Shown here piece after piece: positions 1 to 7,898 of a DNA stretch of 22,013 bases. Made by a program: the position numbers and the translations under genes. The stretch spans positions 1 to 22,013 of the forward strand of contig CAZJQC010000023.1 in NCBI GenBank assembly GCA_964548195.1, written 5' to 3'. The notes beneath the pieces are model-generated. The model had not been told where the DNA came from. It ran no database searches and saw only the letters and a list, made by a program, of their open reading frames with translations. Origin of the DNA: an uncultured bacterium. Lineage in GTDB: Bacteria; Macinerneyibacteriota; Macinerneyibacteria; Macinerneyibacteriales; DSCS01. Each line of letters starts with the position of its first letter. The stretch's first letter is position 1.

Positions 1-696
1 AAACATCATGGCTCCGGCCGCAAACGCAAGGGCATAGGGAAGCATGGGCCTTATCAGGATGACGGCCGCCGCTCCGATGACCGCTGACACAGGCTCCACA
101 AGGCCTGAAAGCTGGCCGAAGAAAAAACTTTTATAGCGTGAAAGCCCCTCCCGCCTCAACGGCACGGAAACAGCGATACCCTCGGGAAAGTTCTGTATGC
201 CTATGCCGATCGCCAACACAACGGCCGCCGTAAGAGAAGCCGAATGTATGCCGGACGCCACGGCGCCGAAAGCCACGCCTACGGCCAGCCCTTCGGGTAT
301 ATTATGCAGCGTGATGGCCATGACAAGCAGCGCCGTTTTTTTCATATGTGTCTTGGGGCCTTCCGCTTCTTTTATGTCCGATCCTATGTGCAGATGCGGC
401 ATTGTCCTGTCCAGCACCCACAGAAAAAACACCCCTCCCAAAAAACCCGTTGTCGCGGGCACCCAGGAGGGATAGGGAAACTCCTCGGACATCTCTATGG
501 CGGGGGCAAGAAGCGACCAGTAACTTGCAGCCGTCATGACCCCGCCGGCAAAGGCAAGCATGGTGTCAAGCATTTTCTGGTTTACCGTCCTGGTCATAAA
601 CACGACCGAGGCTCCGAGTGACGTCAAAAGCCATGTAAACACCCCGGCTATAAGCGCCTGATTGACAGGCGACAGCCCTTTAAAAAGCTCGACCAT
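1..696 (-). CDS. ZIP family (GufA/ZupT-like) divalent metal transporter, 3' end runs off the window
   Basis: Not in the ORF track because no stop lies in the window. Manual translation gives [22 protein letters not shown]...[20 protein letters not shown]...[18 protein letters not shown]...[17 protein letters not shown]...SGLVEP...[13 protein letters not shown], i.e. both ZIP HNxPEG-type motifs. ATG at 696 has GGAGGT 6 nt upstream; an alternative ATG is at 702. Confidence 0.93.
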   Translation of the reverse strand, partial: MVELFKGLSPVNQALIAGVFTWLLTSLGASVVFMTRTVNQKMLDTMLAFAGGVMTAASYWSLLAPAIEMSEEFPYPSWVPATTGFLGGVFFLWVLDRTMPHLHIGSDIKEAEGPKTHMKKTALLVMAITLHNIPEGLAVGVAFGAVASGIHSASLTAAVVLAIGIGIQNFPEGIAVSVPLRREGLSRYKSFFFGQLSGLVEPVSAVIGAAAVILIRPMLPYALAFAAGAMMF

Positions 697-718
697 TATC
701 ATACCTCCCCCGAGAACA

Positions 719-1885
719 TCAGTCTCTCGAATAGATTATTTTCCCGTCGATCACGGTAAGCAGACAGTCGGAATCCATGCTGAAGGGATCCCCGCTGAAG
801 ACGGCTATGTCCGCGTCCTTGCCTTTTTCAATGCTGCCTATGCGGTCAAAGACCCCGCATATTTTCGCGGCGTTGGAAGTGACGGACTTGAAGGCCCCGT
901 CCTCGCTCAGGCCGTGTTTTCTTGCAAATCCGACCATGATCCTCAGGTAGTTTATCGGGATGACGGGCGCGTCGGTCATGATGGCGACGGTCACGCCGCT
1001 TTTTTCCAGCACCCCGGCCGTGGCAAACGTTATGTCCTTCAGCTCTTCCTTCACTCTCGCGCTCATGGAAGGCCCGACAATGGCGTCTATTTTATTTTCA
1101 GCCATATAAGCGGCTATCTTATGTCCGTCCGTGGCGTGTTCTATTTTCAGGTCGAACCCGAACTCCTTCTGTATGCGTATCATCGTGATTATATCGTCAA
1201 AGCGGTGCGCGTGGCATCTTGCCGTGAGTTTGCGTTCAAGCACGGCGGCGAGCACCTCGTTCTGCAGGTCGAACTCAGGCATCTTGTCCGGGTCCTTTTC
1301 GGCTTTTTTCTTTTTTTCAATATAGTTTTTAGCCTTGTAAAAAGCCTCCCTCATCACAGCCGCATTGCCCATCCTCGTTGAAGGCAGCTGATTCTTTCCC
1401 ATGCCGTATACCCTTTTGGGGTTCTCGCCCAATGCCATCTTCAGCCCGGCCGGGTCCTTGACCACCAGCTCGTCCACTATATGAGAGCCTCCGGTCTTTA
1501 TGACCACGGACTGCCCGCCTATTACATTGGCGCTTCCCGGCCCGGTGAACACGGCGGTCACGCCCGAGCTTACGGCGTCCTTGAACGCCTCATCGTCCGG
1601 ATTGATCGCGTCTATAGCCCTTAAATGGGGAGTGGAAGGGGCCGTCATCTCGTTTCCGTCGGAACCCGCCCAGCCGTTGCTCTCTTCCCACATGCCTATA
1701 TGGCAATGGGCGTCGATAAGGCCGGGGGTGACGGTCAAGCCGCTGCAGTCCCTGACCTCCGCGCCTTCAGGCGCTTTCAGCCCTCTGCCCACGCTGTCGA
1801 TGATCCCGTCCTTTATCAATACGTCCGTATTTTCGCTTACCTTTCCGTTGCCGTCATACACCGTCCCGTTCTTTAAAAGCAGCAT
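719..1885 (-). CDS. Metal-dependent amidohydrolase (imidazolonepropionase-like/Xaa-Pro dipeptidase-like subgroup)
   Basis: N-terminal beta-sandwich ([11 protein letters not shown]...DVLIKDGII), [10 protein letters not shown] (HxH), [24 protein letters not shown]-terminal [23 protein letters not shown] upstream. Confidence 0.9.
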   Translation of the reverse strand: MLLLKNGTVYDGNGKVSENTDVLIKDGIIDSVGRGLKAPEGAEVRDCSGLTVTPGLIDAHCHIGMWEESNGWAGSDGNEMTAPSTPHLRAIDAINPDDEAFKDAVSSGVTAVFTGPGSANVIGGQSVVIKTGGSHIVDELVVKDPAGLKMALGENPKRVYGMGKNQLPSTRMGNAAVMREAFYKAKNYIEKKKKAEKDPDKMPEFDLQNEVLAAVLERKLTARCHAHRFDDIITMIRIQKEFGFDLKIEHATDGHKIAAYMAENKIDAIVGPSMSARVKEELKDITFATAGVLEKSGVTVAIMTDAPVIPINYLRIMVGFARKHGLSEDGAFKSVTSNAAKICGVFDRIGSIEKGKDADIAVFSGDPFSMDSDCLLTVIDGKIIYSRD

Positions 1886-1899
1886 CTCAAACCTCCCGT

Positions 1900-3039
1900 T
1901 TAACTTATCATCCCCAAAGCCGTCGCGACGGCCTCACTCATGTTGATATACCTGTATTCTGCGAGACGCCCGGCCGGGACAAGCCCCTTTATCCGTTTCG
2001 CCTCATCCTTGTATTTTTGGTACAGAACGCGGTTTTCCCCGCGGGGCACCGGATAAAACGGGGTGTCGCCCCTGCGTATGTCGCATTCCGCGGGATATTC
2101 ATAGACCACCGTCGTGGCCGGAGAGCGCTGTCCGGTGCAGTGCTTGAACTCCGTGATCCTTGTATAGCGATGTTCGTTCGGATAGTTTACCGTGCAGGCG
2201 CTTTGAAAATATTCCCTCTCAAACGTCCTGAACTCGAATTCAAGCCCCCGGTACTGCAGCGCGCCGAACCTGTAGTCGAACAGTTCATCCAGGGGCGCGG
2301 TAAAATAAACGTTTCCGTCAAACGGCTTGCCCAGGAGGGAAAAAGAACCGCCTTCAAGCCTGAGCATCCCGGCGTAGTCTGTTCCGGGCATAAAACTGAT
2401 CCCGGCGTGATCGATCATGCGATTGAACATCGCCGTGTACCCCTCAAGCGGCATGCACTGATAACGGTCGTAAAAATATCTGTCGTCATCAGTGACCGCC
2501 ACCGGCACCCTCGACGTGACGCTTTTATCAAGTTTATCGGGCTCCACGCCCCACTGTTTTTTAGTGTAATTAAAAAAGACCTTTTCATATACATAGCGGC
2601 CCAGTCCAGATATGTCGGGGTCCGCGTCTCCCATCAGTTCCCAGACCGGTATTTTTTTTTCGCGTCCGTATTTGAGAGTGAGCTTGTGTTCCATGCGCGC
2701 ACCGTCTTCTCCGGGAAAAAGCGTCCTGAGCGATCTCATGTTGAACGGTATGGGTATCAGCGCGCCGTCGACCTCGCCTATGACCCTGTGCTCGTATGTA
2801 TGCCATTCGGTGAAGCGTGAGAGAAACGCGAAGACTTCGTCGCTCGGAGTGTGAAAGAGATGCGGGCCGTATCTATGTACCAGTATGCCCGCTTCGTCGT
2901 ATTCATCGTACGCCTGTCCGGCGGGCCAGCCTCTTTTTTCGATCAACAGCACCTTTTTTTCCCGGTCGGCCAGCAGGCGCGCCAGCGAACAGCCCGTGAC
3001 TCCGGCGCCGACGACAACGTGGTCGAAAACGCGTTCCAT
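1900..3039 (-). CDS. glf: UDP-galactopyranose mutase
   Basis: VVVGAGVTG FAD motif, HRYGPHLFHT, YTKKQWG, RVPV..DDRYF, RITEFKH, FYPVP, GRLAEYRYINM. The start overlaps the upstream stop (TGATG at 3039). Confidence 0.93.
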   Translation of the reverse strand: MERVFDHVVVGAGVTGCSLARLLADREKKVLLIEKRGWPAGQAYDEYDEAGILVHRYGPHLFHTPSDEVFAFLSRFTEWHTYEHRVIGEVDGALIPIPFNMRSLRTLFPGEDGARMEHKLTLKYGREKKIPVWELMGDADPDISGLGRYVYEKVFFNYTKKQWGVEPDKLDKSVTSRVPVAVTDDDRYFYDRYQCMPLEGYTAMFNRMIDHAGISFMPGTDYAGMLRLEGGSFSLLGKPFDGNVYFTAPLDELFDYRFGALQYRGLEFEFRTFEREYFQSACTVNYPNEHRYTRITEFKHCTGQRSPATTVVYEYPAECDIRRGDTPFYPVPRGENRVLYQKYKDEAKRIKGLVPAGRLAEYRYINMSEAVATALGMIS

Positions 3040-4736
3040 CAGTCGGCCTTTCTCAGGTATTTTACCGCGAGTATTGTAATATCGTCAAAGCGCTCGTTAC
3101 CTTTGCCGAAGGCCGCAACGTCTTCAAGCAGATGCTTCACGATGGTGGAAGCATCGCCGGAGGCGTCCTTTTCAAAGATATCCATGATGCGCTGATTGCC
3201 GTACAGTTCGCCCTCGGGGTTTGTCCTCTCCGTGACGCCGTCCGTATAAAAAAGAAGCACATCGCCGGCTTCCAGCCATATGCGTCTTTTTTTAAACACC
3301 TTTTCAAACCCGCTTGCATCCAGCAGATTGAAACCGACACCCTCCGACGGGAGAAAATCAGCACGTCCGGTGGTCGAACTGTAGCGAAGCGGCTCCTCAT
3401 GTCCGAAGCGTATCCAGTCAAAGTATCCCGCCCGTGTATCAAGCACGCCGATGACCATAGTGACAAAAAAACCTCTCTTCTTGGTCTTTCTCAGGTATCC
3501 GTTGATGAAGATACCCACGTCTTCTATCTCGTTCTGAAAGGTAAATGCCGCGTTTATGACTCCCTTAAGCTCGGCCATGAAAAAAGCGGCGCTGACCCCT
3601 TTGCCCGAGACATCGCCGATGACGACTCCGAACTTGCCTTTCCCGAGATCCACTATGTCATAATAGTCGCCGCCCACCACCATGGACGGCACATATGCCG
3701 CTTTTATTTCCAGCGTCTCTATTGAAAGGTTTCTTTTGGGCAGCAGTTCCATCTGTATTTTTCTGGCGATCTCCAGCTCGTTTTTCATGTTCTGGTTTTC
3801 AACGGTCTCCGTAAGGTCTTCAAAAGATATGATGACGCTTACAAGCGAGGAGTTCTTCTTCCCCTGATAAAACATACGGAGGTCTTCATAACGTAACACA
3901 AAGGGCACTATCTTGAACTGCAGAAAACGTCCCGAATGCCAGAACTTCAGCCCGGAAAGCTCCAATGTCCCCAATGCGCTGTCTATGGCCGCCTTCAAAT
4001 CCTTGAGGTCCTTCTCCTCGAATATCGTCCTCATGTCTATCAGGTCGATGTCCCTGTACGCGCATCGTTTTCTGTCGCAGTTGTAGCACATCCCCATGCC
4101 GGTGCATACCACCCCCGATTTTGGGGCGATGCCGAGCATCTTCCGTCCGGCAGAGTTGATGTTCGCCTTCAGGTCTTCGCCCAGCGTCATCAATCCGAAT
4201 GGAATGCCTTCATATATGGCCGAGTTCAGATTGACAAATGAGCCCAGTTCCCTGAATGAGGAATGCCTTATGGTATACTGGTTTACGAGGAGAGCCAGCA
4301 GCACCATCTCCGTCTCCGTCATGGCGTTGGCCCTTTTAAAGCCTATGTGCATCATGTCCTTGAGGTCAAAGAGAAACTCGCGGTTCTGAAACACCGGTTT
4401 TGTCCTGAATTCCATCCTGATGGGTATGAACACAGACGTGCGCACCCCGATCTTCTCATAGATGCTTTTGAACTGCGGATCGTTTTTGCAGTCCAGCGAA
4501 TAATGTATGTCGTCCTTTTTGGAAAACTTATCGAGGTATTCCCGCATCCAGTCGTCGATCTCATACCCGGTCTTATCTATACCGTAATGGAGGCATTTGT
4601 CATGGTCCATGTCAAGCAGGAACATGGAATCCACGCCGTATGTCTGATTGATGACCGAGAACACATCCTTAAAAAAACTGTATGCGTCTTCATTGAAATA
4701 TATCTTGAATCTTGAAAACAGGCTTATTGTGTTCAT
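3039..4736 (-). CDS. PP2C/SpoIIE (RsbU-like) Ser/Thr phosphatase with N-terminal GAF-like and PAS-like input domains
   Basis: C-terminal ELEIARKIQMELLP, VVGGDYYD, IGDVSGKG, GHEEP, FYTDGVTE, DDITIL carry the metal-binding Asp residues. The N-terminus has GAF-like DCKNDPQF..GVRTSVFIPI..MTETEMVLLALLVNQ and PAS-like AIYEGIPFGLMTL..INSAGRKMLG. The input-domain calls are less certain than the phosphatase call. Confidence 0.9.
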   Translation of the reverse strand: MNTISLFSRFKIYFNEDAYSFFKDVFSVINQTYGVDSMFLLDMDHDKCLHYGIDKTGYEIDDWMREYLDKFSKKDDIHYSLDCKNDPQFKSIYEKIGVRTSVFIPIRMEFRTKPVFQNREFLFDLKDMMHIGFKRANAMTETEMVLLALLVNQYTIRHSSFRELGSFVNLNSAIYEGIPFGLMTLGEDLKANINSAGRKMLGIAPKSGVVCTGMGMCYNCDRKRCAYRDIDLIDMRTIFEEKDLKDLKAAIDSALGTLELSGLKFWHSGRFLQFKIVPFVLRYEDLRMFYQGKKNSSLVSVIISFEDLTETVENQNMKNELEIARKIQMELLPKRNLSIETLEIKAAYVPSMVVGGDYYDIVDLGKGKFGVVIGDVSGKGVSAAFFMAELKGVINAAFTFQNEIEDVGIFINGYLRKTKKRGFFVTMVIGVLDTRAGYFDWIRFGHEEPLRYSSTTGRADFLPSEGVGFNLLDASGFEKVFKKRRIWLEAGDVLLFYTDGVTERTNPEGELYGNQRIMDIFEKDASGDASTIVKHLLEDVAAFGKGNERFDDITILAVKYLRKAD

Positions 4737-5188
4737 CTGTCCTTCATCAACGCGTTTTTAAAGAACTCCCTGAATGCGTCGTCGGAAGCCCTCAGCCGTC
4801 CGGCCATCTCCCTTATGAATGTGGTATATACCTTATGCCTCAGTATGGTGTTTTCGCCCACGATGCGGTCAAAATCGGATCTCAGCAGCACAAGCAGTTC
4901 CAGGTCGTCAAGAGCCTTGGCGCCTGCGAAGCGGTTTCCCCCGTCTATGATGCCGACTTCGCCGAAAAAATCGCCGGAGCCGAGCTTCATTATGGTCTGC
5001 AGCGGTTTTTCCCTTATGCATCTGAAGATCTCGACATTGCCCTTTTGTATGAAATAGAGCGCGTCGGGGCGGTCGTCCTCCTCATAGATCACGGTGCCCT
5101 TCTCAAAAGGCTTCAGAAACAGCCTTTTTTCCACGGCGTCCGTCTCATCCGGGTCAAGTTCCGAAAACAGATAATACTTTTCTATCAT
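4733..5188 (-). CDS. Stand-alone cyclic nucleotide-binding (cNMP) domain protein, no HTH
   Basis: LFSEL, FEKGTVIYEED, LYFIQKGNVEI, phosphate-binding cassette FFGEVGIIDGGNRFAGA. It ends at 151 aa after the C-helix. ATGA overlap with the phosphatase gene. Confidence 0.9.
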   Translation of the reverse strand: MIEKYYLFSELDPDETDAVEKRLFLKPFEKGTVIYEEDDRPDALYFIQKGNVEIFRCIREKPLQTIMKLGSGDFFGEVGIIDGGNRFAGAKALDDLELLVLLRSDFDRIVGENTILRHKVYTTFIREMAGRLRASDDAFREFFKNALMKDR

Positions 5189-5191
5189 GTC

Positions 5192-5656
5192 CTACACTCC
5201 CATGTCCATCAGATAAAAATTATTCAGCTTATCGCTTGTGCTTCTGATGCGTTTGCTCAGTTTGTTTATGATGTTCCTGAGTATTATATCCGCGGAATCA
5301 GCCCCTCTGGCCGTGATAAGCCCGAAGTCCTCTCCGGATATCCTGAGCAGTTCCGTATCCTTCAGGGCGAAGGCGGATGCGCTGCGGACGCCCCCGTCTA
5401 TCAGTGCCATCTCCCCGAAAAAATCAAACGGCTTTAAAATGGCCACTTCCTCTTCGCCGATGCCGTCGATGTTCAGGATGACGCTTACATTGCCCGCGCC
5501 GATCAGATAGAGATAATCGCCTTTGTCTCCGTCCGAGAATATCTTAGTCCTGTCCTTGAAGACGACTTTTTCAAAATACCGCACCATCCCGGGCAGATGC
5601 GATACGGGCACATCCCTGAACAGGTCGGTCTCCTTCAATATATCTATTCTTTCCAA
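5192..5656 (-). CDS. Stand-alone cyclic nucleotide-binding (cNMP) domain protein, no HTH
   Basis: LFRDV, IFSDGDKGDYLYLIGAGNV, FFGEMALIDGGVRSASAFA. 154 aa; the start overlaps the surE 3' end by 13 nt, with a GGAGGAG RBS. Confidence 0.92.
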   Translation of the reverse strand: MERIDILKETDLFRDVPVSHLPGMVRYFEKVVFKDRTKIFSDGDKGDYLYLIGAGNVSVILNIDGIGEEEVAILKPFDFFGEMALIDGGVRSASAFALKDTELLRISGEDFGLITARGADSADIILRNIINKLSKRIRSTSDKLNNFYLMDMGV

Positions 5657-6411
5657 AAGTTCTCCTCCGCCTTTTTTATATTATCCAGCGTTTCTTCGTC
5701 TGTCAAATCAAACCTCAGAGGCGTCACGGAAACGCATCCTTTTGCAAGGCAGCCGTCATCCGAAGCGGGGTCCGTGTCCGGCATCATCCTGCCTGTAAAC
5801 CAGTAATAGTCATTTCCATGCGGGTCCGACCGTTCGACCAGCGATGTCTCGTAATAACTTTTCCCCTGCCTCGTGAACTCCATGCGCGGCGGCGTCTGGC
5901 CGGGCGCGTCCGGATAGTTCAGGTTCAGCACGATGCCGGGCGAAAACCAGCGGCTGTTCGCCCATCTGTCTAAAAAAGCGAGCACATATTCCCCCACTTC
6001 AGCCAATTCTTTGCGGATAAGTCCGGCGGATACCGCGAGCGCGGGTTTCCCCGCCATGCCGCCCTCGGCCGCGGCCGATACCGTCCCTGAATAGAATATG
6101 TTATTTGAAGTATTGTGCCCCCTGTTGATGCCCGATACGACGCAGTCGATCTGATCGGCCGCGCCCGGCCGGGCGAAAGCGACTTTCACACAGTCTGCGG
6201 GAGTGCCGTTGACGGCGGTCCCGGTAAAGCCCTCTCTGCGGACGACGGTCTTCAGCCGTACCGGCTCGTGCAGGGTTATGGAGTGGCTCGACGCCGATTG
6301 CTCGGACATCGGAGCCACCGTGATGACGTCATGTTCTCCGCTTAACGCTTTCCAAAGTACAAATATCCCCTCGGAGAATATTCCGTCGTCATTGCAGAGA
6401 AGGATGTTCAT
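5644..6411 (-). CDS. surE: 5'/3'-nucleotidase SurE
   Basis: ILLCNDDGIFSEG, EQSASSHSIT, GTPADCV, SGINRGHN, YSGTVSAAAEG, NLNYP, SVTPL. Confidence 0.96.
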   Translation of the reverse strand: MNILLCNDDGIFSEGIFVLWKALSGEHDVITVAPMSEQSASSHSITLHEPVRLKTVVRREGFTGTAVNGTPADCVKVAFARPGAADQIDCVVSGINRGHNTSNNIFYSGTVSAAAEGGMAGKPALAVSAGLIRKELAEVGEYVLAFLDRWANSRWFSPGIVLNLNYPDAPGQTPPRMEFTRQGKSYYETSLVERSDPHGNDYYWFTGRMMPDTDPASDDGCLAKGCVSVTPLRFDLTDEETLDNIKKAEENFWKE

Positions 6412-6418
6412 GCGTTCC

Positions 6419-7159
6419 TCAATGTTTCACTGAGCTAAGGCTGTCCCTCTCCTTGTTCCATTCCACCCATGAGTTCTGTTCTTCGGGGCTCATGGGATCG
6501 ATGCTGTCCATTCTCATTATCCTGCCGTTGGCATCGACTCTCAGCTCCATCATCTCGCGCACTATAACAGTCCATTCCTCGAGCGTGATCTCTTTGGGAC
6601 CCTCGACTTCCATCGGCCCGGAAACTTCGGTCGGCTCGTCATACGACATCGCGTCGTCGGGATCCTTCGCGGGCTTTCCCTTCACTTCGACATTGCCCTT
6701 ATAGACTTTTATAAGCGTCCCGGCGTCATCGGTATTGATCCTGAACACCGTGCCGATTATGGAAGAGGAAACAGCGGCCGAATCGACCGCGAAGAGTTCA
6801 TCCTCGCCCGCTTTGTTCACATTCCCCCAGATCTCGCCCTCGTCGACTTCTATCTGGGTTATTACATTGTCTTTTGATTCCTCGTATAATTTAAGCATGT
6901 TAACGGTGGTCTTGGGAGCCAGGCGTATCACGGTCCCTCTCAAAAGCGATATTTCGGCAAATGATTCGGGCAGAGTCCTGACCACTTCACTTGAGTTCAC
7001 ATCCATCTGCAGAGCGGCCTCAAGCCAGTCCGCCTCCTCACCGATCTTTTTTTGCGCGTCCCCTTCCAGGGCCGTTATTATACCCTTGCCGTCCTCGGCA
7101 CCGGCTGTCAATACCGCAACCATCACGAAGACCATTATCATCAACAGATTCCTTTTCAT
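6419..7159 (-). CDS. Exported FecR-domain-like protein (paralog of 14222..14920)
   Basis: Signal peptide MKRNLLMIMVFVMVAVLTAGA-ED. FecR-like beta core VRTLPESFAEISLLRGTVIRLAPKT...GEIW...SIIGTVF...IKVYKGNVEV. GGAGGT RBS. Confidence 0.75.
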   Translation of the reverse strand: MKRNLLMIMVFVMVAVLTAGAEDGKGIITALEGDAQKKIGEEADWLEAALQMDVNSSEVVRTLPESFAEISLLRGTVIRLAPKTTVNMLKLYEESKDNVITQIEVDEGEIWGNVNKAGEDELFAVDSAAVSSSIIGTVFRINTDDAGTLIKVYKGNVEVKGKPAKDPDDAMSYDEPTEVSGPMEVEGPKEITLEEWTVIVREMMELRVDANGRIMRMDSIDPMSPEEQNSWVEWNKERDSLSSVKH

Positions 7160-7183
7160 ATGTCACCTCCGGCAATATTTCTT

Positions 7184-7212
7184 ATGATAGCACCCGAACG
7201 GGAATATTCCAA
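7184..7212 (-). promoter_or_regulatory. Putative sigma-70-type promoter for the FecR-like/surE run
   Basis: Minus strand reads TTGGAA-N17-TATCAT with an extended -10 TG (TGcTATCAT). The palindrome GGAATATTCC (7201-7210) overlaps the -35. Confidence 0.5.
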
Positions 7213-7219
7213 GCGGACT

Positions 7220-7642
7220 TTATTCACCGATGATCTTTATCAGCACTCTTTTTTTTCTTCTGCCGTCAAACTCCCCGTAAAACACCTCTTCCCAGGGGCC
7301 CAGGTCGAGGGCTCCCGCGGTCACGGCGAGGACGGCTTCCCTGCCCATGAACTGTCTTTTTATATGCGCGTCCCCGTTTGTCTCCCCCGTAAGGTTATGG
7401 CGGTAAAGCGACGGGTCATGGGGTATATTGTCCTCAAGCCATCTCATATAGTCATGATGCAGCCCCGTCTCGTCGTCGTTCACGAAGACGCTGGCTGTTA
7501 TATGCATGGCGTTGACAAGGCAAAGCCCTTCCCGTATACCGCTTTCAGCCAACGCGTCACGCACCTTTTCGGTGATCCTGACAAAACCCGCGCGCTGCGG
7601 CAGGTCGAACCAGAGTTCTTTCCTGTAAGATCTCAAAGACAC
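7220..7642 (-). CDS. yjbQ: YjbQ/UPF0047 family protein (secondary thiamine-phosphate synthase-like)
   Basis: GTG start. [50 protein letters not shown]. Confidence 0.9.
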   Translation of the reverse strand: MSLRSYRKELWFDLPQRAGFVRITEKVRDALAESGIREGLCLVNAMHITASVFVNDDETGLHHDYMRWLEDNIPHDPSLYRHNLTGETNGDAHIKRQFMGREAVLAVTAGALDLGPWEEVFYGEFDGRRKKRVLIKIIGE

Positions 7643-7670
7643 ACCATCCCTTTCCCCCGCCCGTTTTCAC

Positions 7671-7698
7671 TTGACACTTTGGAATTATATAATATAAT
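7671..7698 (+). promoter_or_regulatory. Consensus sigma-70 promoter of tRNA-Leu
   Basis: TTGACA (7671-7676)-N16-TATAAT (7693-7698), ending 15 nt before the tRNA 5' end. Confidence 0.8.
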
Positions 7699-7712
7699 TT
7701 TCCCACCTTCAA
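7684..7712 (-). promoter_or_regulatory. Putative divergent promoter for yjbQ, overlapping the tRNA promoter
   Basis: Minus strand reads TTGAAG-N17-TATAAT, about 40 nt upstream of the yjbQ GTG. Confidence 0.55.
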
Positions 7713-7713
7713 T

Positions 7714-7797
7714 GCCGAAGTGGCGGAATTGGTAGACGCGCTGGATTCAAAATCCAGTGGGGGCAACTTCGTAAGGGTTCGAGTCCCTTCTTCGGCA
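7714..7797 (+). tRNA. tRNA-Leu (anticodon CAA), CCA not encoded
   Basis: Acceptor stem GCCGAAG/CTTCGGC with discriminator A; D loop GGAATTGGTAGAC; anticodon arm CTGGA-TTCAAAA-TCCAG; long variable arm; T arm AAGGG-TTCGAGT-CCCTT. Followed by TTC, not CCA. Confidence 0.97.
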
Positions 7798-7898
7798 TTC
7801 TCTTATATTTCCCTCATCACAAAAACAAAGGACTCTTCCGTCCCGTTTACATATGCTTTCGCGCGATGATACCGGCGGGGCGGACCTTCACAGTGATA

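Noticed and set aside
7714..7898. tRNA-Leu as an integration site for a mobile element
   Set aside because: No integrase is present, I saw no duplicated tRNA 3' end in the window, and the flanks are ordinary chromosomal genes.
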